From Candidatus Saccharimonadota bacterium (lineage in GTDB: Bacteria; Pseudomonadota; Alphaproteobacteria; Rickettsiales; Anaplasmataceae): DNA of 32,000 nucleotides. Numbering within the stretch: position 1 is the first letter of the stretch; each line of letters opens with the position of its first letter. The position numbers were made by a program, and so were the translations under genes. The notes beneath the pieces are model-generated. The model did not search any database. It saw nothing but the letters and a program-made list of their open reading frames with translations, and was not told where the DNA came from. The stretch covers positions 330,001 through 362,000 of the forward strand of contig NZ_CP046580.1 of NCBI RefSeq assembly GCF_013365495.1. Reading direction: 5' to 3'. Shown piece after piece: positions 1 through 9,969 of the stretch.

Positions 1-2015
1 TGTTTGATGTTTAGTATATATTCAACATAAAATGAGTAAGGATTGCGAATCAATTTTTCTACTGCACTACAGGACATTATTTGCATTTTTTCTTTTCTTG
101 CTTTAGCGTGAGGCTTAGGTGTAGGTTGAGTATATGGAACAATGCATTCAGGTGTATTTAATATTTTTAGCCAATCACGATAAGAATATTTTGTTTTTTC
201 TACTACTAACAAAGTTTCTAATCGGCTCAATATGGTTGGTTTTCTGCTGTTCACCAGCCTTGTGATATAAACTTTACTTGTAGCAAATAGATTGAACAGA
301 GTATACAAAAAATATCCTTGCTCTTCTTGCACAGAGGGAAAGTTGAATTTTTCTCTTGTTGAGGCATTTAAAAATGGATTTTGGAAACTCGGTATATCAT
401 AAAATCCAGCAAGTATTACAACTTTGTTATGGCATAAACTAAGTTTATTTGAGTTACTTGCTATAGAAAAGAACTCTTTTTTTAAGAGGAGCATTAAAAT
501 TTGTTCGTATAATTCTAAAGAACATTTGATTGTTATACTTTTACATGTGCATGCATTCAAGAAATCGTAAATGAAATTGCCTATTTCATTGTTCATTTTT
601 AAAAGATTTATATTGGAAAGCATATTAATACATTGTAAATGAGTTGTTATGATATAAGAAATGGAATAATTAATGTTATTAGCTAGTGAATTAAATATAA
701 TTTTTAATTTATTGAAAATAATTAATATATCTTCTTTATATTTTAGTTTTTTGTGGGTATTGATAGCATTTATAATATCTCTCATGCCATTTGTATTAAA
801 GTTACGTAGTATTTTTATTTCAAGCTCAGATAAAATTTTATTATATTTTTCTTGAGAAAATCCAAAAGTCACTAACTTGTGTTTGAGAAGAGCAAGTAAT
901 GCTACGCTATTCCAGTTTGAAGTTAAAACTTTAATGGTATAAACTAAAAGTGTTATATAGGAATAGTTTTCTGATGTTGGTTTTAATAAACAAGTTATAC
1001 GAGTTGCGAGTAATTTGTCAAGAACAATCAAGGAAACGTTTTTATAGCCTTCATTCTCTATAATTAATGATATTACTTGTGTTTCTTCTTCTCTTGAGTC
1101 ACAAGTAATAACTTCAATATTTTTAATATACCTGTTACTAACTTTGCTAAGATCAGTAGTTGTATCAAAGATATAATTTAGTTGTTCTATAGTCATTTTA
1201 TCGCAGGTTTCAGTTTTGCATGCTGAAGCGATATCTGTGTGAGTTTGTTTAAGAAAGCTTACATTTTTTCTATTTACATTTAAGTAATTTAGTAGATCTT
1301 TCATACTATATTGATAGTGTCTTTTATCGAGTGATTTCCAATCTTTCTCTTTAATTTTTAAATTAAGGTGGGGTAAGATTATTTTTCCAAGTGGGAGGTT
1401 ATATATAGCTTTGATTAATAACTTATAAATTTCGCTTTTTTCAATTCCAATAAGAATTATATGTTGGTCTTTTTTAAAAGAAGCAATCATATTTTTTATG
1501 TAATTGCTCTTATGTTTTAATATATCTATTACTCCTAAATTTTTTGTGATCTTGTTCCAGGTTTTAGTAAGTGAATTTATGAACTTTTCTATTTTTTTTG
1601 AGTATCCATTAAATTGATAATGATCTATCGTTTGAGTGAATTGAATCTTGTCAAACAATAATAGTAGGTTGTGAACTAAATCAATAGAGAAATTATCATT
1701 ATTTTTCTTGTTCCATTCTAGGATGAATTGAATTAATAGAAGTATCTTTTTTGTTGGTTTTATGATCTTGATTTTATCAAGATTTAATATTAAGTTTTCC
1801 TCATTAATGTTTTCTAGTGAAATTATTTCTGGTAAAATTATAAAATTTTTAGTACTATAGCTTTTGAATGCATTCAACAAGGCTATAGCATCTTTTTTAC
1901 AAGGCAGTATGATTTTTATTTCAGGAACTTTTTCTTTTTTATATTCAGAAAATATGTACTTGATTAGCACATTGAAAAAATTTTCGCATAAGTTAATTGT
2001 AAAAATTTTTTTCAT
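1..2015 (-). CDS. addB: Double-strand break repair protein AddB (alphaproteobacterial AddAB type, PD-(D/E)XK nuclease family). Only the 5' 671 codons are present; the gene continues past the left window edge.
   Basis: Hand reverse-complement translation from the ATG at 2015-2013 stays open to position 1. I checked about 15 of the 34 60-nt blocks explicitly (1201-2015, plus spot checks at 1-120, 301-360, 601-660 and 841-900). The translation reads MKKIFTINLCENFFNVLIKYIFSEYKKEKVPEIKIILPC...RHYQYSMKDLLNYLNV...EEQGYFLY...MSCSAVEKLIRNPYSFYVEYILNIK. It is absent from the ORF track because no stop lies inside the window. The N-terminal FTI..F...L start, the H.QY..K.LL..L block and the S.S..E.L...PY.FY block match my memory of AddB. 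Confidence 0.65.
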   Translation of the reverse strand, partial: MKKIFTINLCENFFNVLIKYIFSEYKKEKVPEIKIILPCKKDAIALLNAFKSYSTKNFIILPEIISLENINEENLILNLDKIKIIKPTKKILLLIQFILEWNKKNNDNFSIDLVHNLLLLFDKIQFTQTIDHYQFNGYSKKIEKFINSLTKTWNKITKNLGVIDILKHKSNYIKNMIASFKKDQHIILIGIEKSEIYKLLIKAIYNLPLGKIILPHLNLKIKEKDWKSLDKRHYQYSMKDLLNYLNVNRKNVSFLKQTHTDIASACKTETCDKMTIEQLNYIFDTTTDLSKVSNRYIKNIEVITCDSREEETQVISLIIENEGYKNVSLIVLDKLLATRITCLLKPTSENYSYITLLVYTIKVLTSNWNSVALLALLKHKLVTFGFSQEKYNKILSELEIKILRNFNTNGMRDIINAINTHKKLKYKEDILIIFNKLKIIFNSLANNINYSISYIITTHLQCINMLSNINLLKMNNEIGNFIYDFLNACTCKSITIKCSLELYEQILMLLLKKEFFSIASNSNKLSLCHNKVVILAGFYDIPSFQNPFLNASTREKFNFPSVQEEQGYFLYTLFNLFATSKVYITRLVNSRKPTILSRLETLLVVEKTKYSYRDWLKILNTPECIVPYTQPTPKPHAKARKEKMQIMSCSAVEKLIRNPYSFYVEYILNIK

Positions 2016-2108
2016 GAAATACTAACTAATATTAGTGTTTATTATATAGTAAAAATAAGTATGTTTGAAAGTTAATAATTATTATACATTGGAGCTTTAT
2101 AATGTTGT

Positions 2109-5100
2109 ATGGCAAATATTAGGGTAGAAGTTATAAATAAATATGAGCAAGTTAGTGATAGGTGTCTAGTTGACGTTTATTTAATTTGCATAAGTAAAGA
2201 GTTATCACCGAAGCTATATGAAGAAGTTTGTGGGTTGTTTTGCAATAAGGTTATACAAGACTGTCGTTATTATTTCTATGATAGTAATTATAAAGGGGTT
2301 CGATCTGATTTTATAGACCAGAAAATTAAATGGGGTTTAGAAATAAGCTTTTTATCTGGTGTAACTGATAATATAGGTAATACAGCAAAACAAATTGTTA
2401 AAGAATATTTAATAGCTAAAGGCTATGTTTATGAGGATATTGATATTAACGCAATAAGTTCTAAATTGATTTTAGGTAAAGGGGACGTACCAACCGAAGA
2501 TAGTATAAAGCATGAGTTTAATCCTATCATTCAGTATTGTACACTTATTTATAGAGAAAATGGTCATTTTAATTGGAAATATTACGGTAGACTAAATATT
2601 TGCTCTGATGTTGTTCCAGTATCATGCCCTAGCATGATAAAGAAGGAAATAACTATTAAAAATAAAGCTAAGATTGTTAATTTGGATGTAAGCGATCAAG
2701 AACTTGAAAAGATTGGTAGATATGGAATCAATGGTAATGGTCCTTTAGGACTTTCTCTTATGGCAATGAAAACCATAAAGAATTATTTTGCGAAACTGAA
2801 TAGAAATCCGTTCAATATTGAGCTTGAGTCTATTGCACAAACATGGTCTGAGCATTGTAAGCATAATATTTTTTGTTCTCCAATTGATAAAGTAAAAGAT
2901 GGTTTATATGTACATTATATTAAGCGTGCTACACGTGAAATAAATTCTGAAATATGTGTGTCAGTTTTCTCTGACAATGCAGGGGGAATCATTTTTGATG
3001 ATGATCACTTAATTGTAGATAAAGTTGAAACTCATAATAGTCCTTCAGCTCTTGATCCGTTTAGTGGAGCGATGACTGGAGTACTTGGAGTTAATCGTGA
3101 TATAGTGGGTTTTGGCAAAGGTGCAGAGCCTGTAATGAATACTTATTATTTTTGCTTTGCCAAGGAAGTAAAAGATAGATTTTATAGGGATAAGGGGTGT
3201 ACTGATGAGGTTTTGCTGCCAAAATATATAATGAGAGGAGTTATTCATGGTGTTAATGTTGCTGGTAATTGTTCTGGTATTCCAACACAGCTTGGATCGG
3301 TATATTTTGATGATAGATTTTATGGTAGGCCATTAGTTTTTGTTGGAAGTGTTGGAATTATTCCACGCAATATAAGTAATACACCTTCACATATTAAAAA
3401 ACCTAAGAATGGTGATAAAATTGTAATTCTTGGTGGAAGAGTTGGTAGAGATGGAGTTCATGGTGCGACGTTCTCTTCAGGAGCATTGTCTGGAAGCTGT
3501 TCTTCAACAGTTGTGCAAATTGGTGATCCTATTACACAAAAGAAGTTAGTCGATGCTATCATAGAGGCAAGGAGTTTAGGTCTTTATAATGCGATAACGG
3601 ATAATGGAGCAGGTGGGTTATCGTCATCCATTGGTGAAATGGGGAAGGACGGATTTAAAGTTGATTTAAGTAAAGTTCTACTTAAATGTGATGACATGGC
3701 TTCATGGGAAATATGGATATCAGAATCACAAGAGAGAATGACCTTAGCAGTATCAGTAGAAAATCTTCATGCGTTTAGGCAAATTATGAAAAAACATGAT
3801 GTAGAATTTAGTATGATTGGAGAATTTAATAATAGTGGTAAAGCTGTTGTTGAATGTCCAGAAGGGGTAGTGATAATGGACATGGAAACTGAATTTTTAC
3901 ATAGTGGTAACCCTAAAATTTATTTGCAGACAAAGCCATGGTCTGCAAAGACTCAGTCTAAATTCTTATATCAAAATGTATGTGATACTCAATCTCAGTG
4001 TAAAATAAATTCTAATGTTAAGCGTCAGAATAATTTTTATACGTCATGTGCTAGAATGACAACAACAAGTCTTGTTTTTCTAGAGGTTGAGCTAAAAGAA
4101 ATGCTGAGCAGACCCAATATATGCAGTAAAGAGTTTATAGTGGTGCAATACGATCATGAAGTTCAAGGTTCGTCTGTGTTGAAACCACTGCAGGGTAAGG
4201 GAAGAGTATGTAGTGAAGTTATTGTTTCGAGGCCAATTCTCAGCTCAAATAGAGGAGTTATAAAGTCGCAGGGATTCGGTTCCAGTTATGGAGAAATTGA
4301 TACTTATCATATGGCAGCTTGTGCGATAGACACTGCTATACGTAGTTGTGTAGCTGCAGGAGGAAATATAAATTATCTAGCGTTGCTCGATAATTTTTGT
4401 TGGTGTGATGCTTATAATCCTGAAAGATTATGGCAGCTAAAGAGAGCTGCAAAGGCTTGTTACGATTTTGCAATTGTATTTAAAACTCCATTTATATCTG
4501 GAAAAGATAGTATGTTTAATGATTTTAAAGGATATGATAAAAATGGTAAAGAAGTAATGATCTCTGCACCACCATCATTACTTATTTCAGCAATTGGAGT
4601 TATAGAAAATATTGAGAATGTAGTATCTCTTGATGTAAAAATGCCGGGAGATTTGATATATGTGCTCGGTACAACCTACGATGAGCTTGGTAGGTCCGAA
4701 TATCAATTATATAGTGGAATAAATAATAATAATGTACCAAAAGTTGATGCAAAAAGTGCTAAGGAATTATATGAACGCTACAACTTTGCGATAAAAGATG
4801 ATATAATTGTTTCTGCAATTGCATTAAACTTAGGAGGATTAGCTATTGCTTTGGCAAAGTCACTGATTGCAGGAGACTTGGGTGCTAAAGTTGATTTTTC
4901 ATTAGTACCAATAGGGAGAATACAGAAACAGAATATGAATCTGATAAATAAGATAACAATGTTTTCTGAGTCACAAAGCAGAATTTTGGTCACTATAGCA
5001 CCACAAAATCAGCAGAGGTTTGAAGAATTATTTAAAGGTATAGTTTTTTCATGTATTGGTAAGGTAACAGAAGAAAAAGTTCTAAATATAAAAGGTATCT

Positions 5101-5153
5101 TAAAAGTAGATTTAAGGGATTTAGGTAATAGTTATCGTAGCATGCTAATATAA
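2109..5153 (+). CDS. purL: Phosphoribosylformylglycinamidine (FGAM) synthase PurL, a long form with a PurS-like N-terminal domain and no glutaminase domain.
   Basis: 1014-aa ORF. Motifs seen: ELESIAQTWSEHCKHNIF, VETHNSPSALDPFSGAMTGVLGVNRD, DGVHGATFSS, ITDNGAGGLSSSIGEM, WEIWISESQERM, and in the second half DNFCW....L......A....A......PFISGKDSM. The N-terminal GVTDNIGNTAKQIVKEYLIAKGY resembles the PurS GVLDP.G.A....L..LG motif. Confidence 0.9.
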   Translation: MANIRVEVINKYEQVSDRCLVDVYLICISKELSPKLYEEVCGLFCNKVIQDCRYYFYDSNYKGVRSDFIDQKIKWGLEISFLSGVTDNIGNTAKQIVKEYLIAKGYVYEDIDINAISSKLILGKGDVPTEDSIKHEFNPIIQYCTLIYRENGHFNWKYYGRLNICSDVVPVSCPSMIKKEITIKNKAKIVNLDVSDQELEKIGRYGINGNGPLGLSLMAMKTIKNYFAKLNRNPFNIELESIAQTWSEHCKHNIFCSPIDKVKDGLYVHYIKRATREINSEICVSVFSDNAGGIIFDDDHLIVDKVETHNSPSALDPFSGAMTGVLGVNRDIVGFGKGAEPVMNTYYFCFAKEVKDRFYRDKGCTDEVLLPKYIMRGVIHGVNVAGNCSGIPTQLGSVYFDDRFYGRPLVFVGSVGIIPRNISNTPSHIKKPKNGDKIVILGGRVGRDGVHGATFSSGALSGSCSSTVVQIGDPITQKKLVDAIIEARSLGLYNAITDNGAGGLSSSIGEMGKDGFKVDLSKVLLKCDDMASWEIWISESQERMTLAVSVENLHAFRQIMKKHDVEFSMIGEFNNSGKAVVECPEGVVIMDMETEFLHSGNPKIYLQTKPWSAKTQSKFLYQNVCDTQSQCKINSNVKRQNNFYTSCARMTTTSLVFLEVELKEMLSRPNICSKEFIVVQYDHEVQGSSVLKPLQGKGRVCSEVIVSRPILSSNRGVIKSQGFGSSYGEIDTYHMAACAIDTAIRSCVAAGGNINYLALLDNFCWCDAYNPERLWQLKRAAKACYDFAIVFKTPFISGKDSMFNDFKGYDKNGKEVMISAPPSLLISAIGVIENIENVVSLDVKMPGDLIYVLGTTYDELGRSEYQLYSGINNNNVPKVDAKSAKELYERYNFAIKDDIIVSAIALNLGGLAIALAKSLIAGDLGAKVDFSLVPIGRIQKQNMNLINKITMFSESQSRILVTIAPQNQQRFEELFKGIVFSCIGKVTEEKVLNIKGILKVDLRDLGNSYRSMLI

Positions 5154-8100
5154 GATTTTGTATTAAGCACTTCAATGAAGTCATTTTTATTTAAAGTAAG
5201 ATATACGTTATTACTTTTATATAGTAATTATATCTGTATATATTACTTTTGTTTATAAGTTTTTTTTCTTAATTATTTAAATAAATTGTCTGTTATGTTG
5301 TTTTTTAAAAGTTGTAGTAATGGCTTTATCTTATAACAAGAAAGAAGCTATATATAAACTCATAAATAGTTGTTATTATGTTTTAAATAATAAAATTTAG
5401 TTAGTAAAATTGATTTTATATATCATGCTTTAATATCTTTATATTAATAGTTTATTTAAATATATTAAAATATAACTTTTAAATTTTTTTAATGTACTAA
5501 TATTAAGTTTTTTCTTACTGAATTAGGATATAACTTTTTATTAATCTATTTTTTTTGATAGTGATCTTATATTTCTAATTATTAAATAGTTTCTTTTGAT
5601 ATAGCTATTATATAAATTGAATATGAATTATAGGAATTTAATCAATTGAGATTTATTATAGTAATGTTTTTTATAAGTTATTTAGCAGTTAAAATATATT
5701 GATTTTATATACAATAGTAAGTTGTATTTAGAATGAAATAGATTTTAGATGTGTGTATTTTTTATTATTTTCATTTGCTCTTTTTGTCAAAATTTAAGTT
5801 TATGTATTTGTTCTGATTTAAAATGTTTAGTTTGATACACGAGTTTTATTTTTAATGTTTAAAAAGAACTTACAGCTCACAGTACTTCATAAAAATTAAT
5901 TTGCTATTACTGCCATTAAAGTTAGAAAGTTAATATTTTCTGATAATGAAGGTTTCTTAGATGTCACTTTTTTTTATACATAATAGTTTACATAATACAT
6001 TGCTCATTGAGCATAAACATTATGTTGACACTGTTTTAATATGAGCTGTTTACTAATTTTAAAGGAGGTTTTGATTTCATAGTATTCTATGACAATTTTT
6101 TTTAAAGAAAAAGATTTAAGCTTTAAGTTATCATTAAATCTTTTAAAATTACCTTTAATTTATAAAGGTCTGAATTTTTTGAAGGCAAACTTTTATCTTT
6201 ATTTTGACAGTAGAGTTTCAAAGTTTATTCTTTAAAGGATTTGTTACTGTGAATCTTTGGCTTTTGATTAGTTATAATTTTAGTTACTAAGTATTTTTAT
6301 TATTATTGTTAATGTCTTCATTTTTTTATAAGATAATACTACTCCTAAAATTTTTCTAATTTACTATTTTTTGCTTTGAAGTAAATTTAAACTTATTATT
6401 CTGTGTAATTTAATTAAAAATTTTTTCTTATTTACTTTTTTCTCATTGATACATACCACTTGTTAATTTGCTCAAGTTATAATGAGTCCTTACTAAAATC
6501 TATTTAGTTTCTTTTTTTAAATTAGCAGGATTATAATATAGTTTTGACTATTTTTGCTTTATTAATAAATGATTTTATAAATTTTATATCTTTATTAAAA
6601 ATTTTAATCAAATACCTTATTATGACTTGAGTTATTATTATGCACTTAGTAATATTTTAGTAATTATTTTTTCATTTTCTGAAGTAGTTTATTTATTATA
6701 AAATTCACTTTATCGACTTTATTTATAACTTCTTCTTGATGAAGATTAATTTTTCACCTGAAGTAGGTTTTACCTTTAGTGCGTTTTACTATTAGTGATT
6801 TTTAAATACTTCATTCTAGTTTGTTTACTTATTGTATCATTTTTTAATAACTAAACTAGACAATATTAGTGTTTTACTGATAAATTTATTAATTTTTAGT
6901 AATTATGTTTAAAAATGATAAATTTATATACCTAAGTATAAAATTTATGTTCATTGTAACTTATGTATGTTTTTTTGCTTATTTAGTAAATAAATTGAAG
7001 ATTGCTTTTATTTTTTAAGAACTTGATAAATTATTGGGTAAACAATATTACGGTTAGTTTTTTAATATTGGTTAATTCTAGTATATGGAAAGAAGTATTG
7101 CTTTATAGCTTCTCTTTTGTTAATTGGTAATAAGTTACAGTATATAATATTTATTGCTATGTGTATAGGGGGAATATTTTTCCTTTTTAGGGTAAAAAGA
7201 TTTTTTGAACATACAGGAGTTATATTTATTAATTATTATAATTTTTTTTACATAAATTATGTTTTTTTATTATTCATTTAAGATGTTTTTGTATCAAGTT
7301 TATGAATCTAGTATTTTAATGTAGAGACTGCAGAATATCATAGTTTTTTATTATGTTGTTTCTCAAGTTTTATTCTTTATATGATTGAAGTGCCTATTTT
7401 ATTTTCATAATAGATTAGTCAAAATATATTGCTATGGTCAATTTTTCGATTGAGTTTATTGTGAATGGATAAACTAAGATTTAGTATAAAATTTCTACAA
7501 AGAACTAATCAACTTTGTTTTTTTTAAAAAAAAGTAAAAAGATTAATTATAATTAATCACAGGCTGTTGAAAGATGCTATATAGGAACTTCATGTTTGTA
7601 TAAAAGTACTGACTAGTTATTATAAGGGAATAGAGAAAAAATAGAGTATTCCTTAGATTTTGTTGTAGTGTAGTAATATCATAAATAAAAATATAGAAAA
7701 AGTTATTTTGTAAGTAGTGATTTTGAAAAATAATAGATAAAGAATTTTAAGTAGTTATTACTCAAGATATAGAAATTATGAGAATATTGAAAAATAATAT
7801 ATCAAAATATAATAGTAGTTTTGTTATATTGATAATCTAGATATGAAAGTTTTAAATTATTTTATTAATATGCGGTTTAAAGGGTTATTATATAAATTAG
7901 ATTTTTTAATACTATTTTAATGCAGTAGTTTATTAAGTTAAAGATGGTTATATTTTTAGTACTGTTATATACCATATAAGAATATTAGTATTCAATATTG
8001 AATTAATACCTAAGTTGGCAAAATAATAAAGAACCTTAAGAATAAAATTTTTATTAGAACAAAATTAAGTAAGGTACTAAATACTGATTTTCTTGGTTTA

Positions 8101-8606
8101 ATTAATATTCTAGTCAATAGAAATTGTGAAATTTAATTTAGAAGATTACTTTAGTGAAGGTAATATAAATGATGTGGTTTAGTTTAGATCAATTCATAAA
8201 TTAGTAAATTTATTATTTTAAAGGTAAAGATTATGTATAATGATCTTTTTGGGTTATTTAATGAAAATTTAAATCTTATTAATAATAAAAATACAAACTA
8301 TATTAATTTCATTGAGTAAAGAATAATTTATGTTAAAATAGTTTTGCTATTTTAAAGATAGATTTAGATAGGTTCACCATTATAGATTCTGACTGTTAAT
8401 TTTTAGTTTATATTTTTTATACTTTTTTATCTCTTTATGTAGAAAACAATGGATGCTCTATATTTTGCTTCTTTTTTTTCTTCGGTGGATTCATAGTTAG
8501 CGTATTTAGGTATTAAGTGTTGAGCAAATTAAGATAGATAATTGATGTTTATTCTATATTTTATTGTTTAACATGAAACTATACTTTTTGATTTAGAGTT
8601 TAAGGT
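5154..8606. other. ORF-free AT-rich intergenic spacer (3,453 bp) between convergent purL and the metallophosphoesterase gene.
   Basis: The six-frame track, which accepts ATG, GTG and TTG starts, lists no ORF of 60 aa or more on either strand in this interval. I saw no GC-rich structured-RNA-like island and no long tandem repeat. Confidence 0.75.
7518..7558. repeat. T8A8 self-complementary tract (7518-7533), followed by an 18-bp perfect palindrome gattaattataattaatc (7541-7558).
   Basis: Read directly: g-tttttttt-aaaaaaaa-g, then gattaatt-at-aattaatc, where the reverse complement of gattaatt is aattaatc. The pair lies where the plus strand changes from T>A to A>T. Confidence 0.85.
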
Positions 8607-9860
8607 TTAAAATACTGTAAGCTTAAAGTCTTTTGTTAATTTTATAGAATATATTTTCTTGTTATCTTGATTATAGAAAGTGAATTCATGGTCGTCTAAG
8701 TTTAATATTGCAAAGCCAAAGCCAAAGAAGTTTTTCACTTCGTGTGCTAAGTAATTTTTATCATTTGGATAACTAAATTTTACATTTCGGTAAATTGATT
8801 TTTGGTCTTGAGCATGTAGTAATGCGCCACCATTTCCAACTATTATTTGATCTGGAACATTGTTCATTAATAGTATCTGGGCTATATGAATGTGACCAGA
8901 GACTATGGTAGTAACATTGCTAGGAAATTTATCTCCAAAAGCTTTAATTTGTGTAAGATTGCCATGGTTTTTTAGCATTAAGAATGCTTTTTTAGGGGAT
9001 TTCCAGAGTGGCTTGTGAGTTAAGAACCATGTGGGCTTGTTGGAATTATCCTGTATTAATTTATTAAATTGTTTTTTAAAAGTATCAGTTGTCTTTTGAT
9101 TTGTAAAAATATCCTCACCAGATGAAGAATCGAAGATAAAAAATCTGATTGGTCCAGCATCTAAAGACCAGCTAGGAACGCAATCTATGCACTTTTCAGG
9201 CGAAAAAGGGTATGGATCTAGGTATCTAAACCATCCTTCATAAGCCCTGTTACAGTTTTCATGATTTCCTCTAATAAAGAGAAAAGAAGATTGTGATAAA
9301 ATATCCTTTGCAGGATTAAACCAATCAGCATACCAAACTTCTTTATTATGTCCATAAACATCTCCACATTTTTTTTTGTTTCTGCATTTTGTTTTTCTAT
9401 AGTGGTAGTCACCAACATGGATGGTTAGATCTGGTTTATGGAGAGCGATAGAATCTAAATTTTTTTTAAAAGGCCAACTATCTACTGAATTACATTCTTG
9501 CTGGAATAATGAGTTTGTCCTACAACCAGTGTCACCAATAAAAGCAATTTTGCTAATTTTTTCTGGTAGTGTAGGAATTTTTGTATTGTTAATACTAATA
9601 TTTTTAGCACTTGTTTTTATTGTTAGTTCACATACTGTTTCAGTGTAATTATTATTGTTGATTGAGCTACGGCTTAACATTTTTATTTTTTCACCATCCA
9701 CATAAGCAATAGGACATGTATCGTTGCCTATAATTGCACGTACACTTAATCTATTTTCTGGAATAACTTGAGACCATGTATATAATATTTGTGCATGAAT
9801 AGAGTAAAGACTAGTTATAAGAGGTAAAGTTAAAAAAATGAGAGTGTTAGCTATATTCAT
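8607..9860 (-). CDS. Secreted or periplasmic metallophosphoesterase (calcineurin-like phosphoesterase family).
   Basis: 417-aa ORF with an N-terminal signal-like segment MNIANTLIFLTLPLITSLYSIHAQ. The ordered metallophosphoesterase motifs are present: IAFIGDTG, IHVGDYHY, IRGNHEN, VSGHIH. Confidence 0.8.
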   Translation of the reverse strand: MNIANTLIFLTLPLITSLYSIHAQILYTWSQVIPENRLSVRAIIGNDTCPIAYVDGEKIKMLSRSSINNNNYTETVCELTIKTSAKNISINNTKIPTLPEKISKIAFIGDTGCRTNSLFQQECNSVDSWPFKKNLDSIALHKPDLTIHVGDYHYRKTKCRNKKKCGDVYGHNKEVWYADWFNPAKDILSQSSFLFIRGNHENCNRAYEGWFRYLDPYPFSPEKCIDCVPSWSLDAGPIRFFIFDSSSGEDIFTNQKTTDTFKKQFNKLIQDNSNKPTWFLTHKPLWKSPKKAFLMLKNHGNLTQIKAFGDKFPSNVTTIVSGHIHIAQILLMNNVPDQIIVGNGGALLHAQDQKSIYRNVKFSYPNDKNYLAHEVKNFFGFGFAILNLDDHEFTFYNQDNKKIYSIKLTKDFKLTVF

Positions 9861-9969
9861 TGTGTATGCAAACTTAAATTAAAAATGAGTAATGTATAAG
9901 TAGATTGAGCGTGTAATATAAAACTTATCATAATCGTATAGGTAATTTAAAAATTATCCTAGTATCAGA

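Noticed and set aside
673-855. 60-aa plus-strand ORF inside the addB region.
   Set aside because: It is antisense to a long open minus-strand frame with AddB-like sequence. It is low-complexity, I/L/F/S-rich and of minimal length, as expected by chance opposite an AT-rich gene.
3045-4993. Two minus-strand ORFs (3045-3248 and 4778-4993) inside purL.
   Set aside because: Both are antisense shadow ORFs within a well-supported conserved gene. Neither has a recognisable motif.
5169-5190. A possible rho-independent terminator after purL (actt-caatg-aagt followed by cattttta).
   Set aside because: The stem is only 4 bp once a sterically possible loop is allowed. It is too weak to call.
7518-7558. 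The idea that the skew flip with the T8A8 tract and palindrome marks a replication origin or terminus.
   Set aside because: I found no TTATCCACA-like DnaA box here or nearby; the closest is aatggataaa at about 7465, with 2 mismatches. As I recall, the predicted ori in Anaplasmataceae is flanked by hemE and tlyC, and neither gene is in this window. The flip is confined to one spacer and is not a window-wide change in gene-strand bias.
7159-8316. Short ORFs in the desert: a 37-codon hydrophobic ORF from ATG 7159 (MCIGGIFFLFRVKRFFEH...) and a 28-codon ORF from ATG near 8233 (MYNDLFGLFNENLNLINNKNTNYINFIE).
   Set aside because: Both are far below any reliable length. They have no convincing Shine-Dalgarno context and no family recognised, and ORFs of this size are expected by chance. 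They would only be worth revisiting if ribosome profiling or conservation data supported them.
5154-8606. A CRISPR array or long-period tandem repeats in the large spacer.
   Set aside because: I found no regularly spaced direct repeats when reading through. The recurring word attgag(c/t)a is seen about 7 times across the spacers. That is only a modest excess over my rough expectation and shows no conserved flanks.
9218-9648. ORFs 9218-9418 (minus strand, alternate frame) and 9421-9648 (plus strand) inside the metallophosphoesterase gene.
   Set aside because: They overlap a 417-aa ORF that carries a complete, ordered motif set. They have no features of their own.
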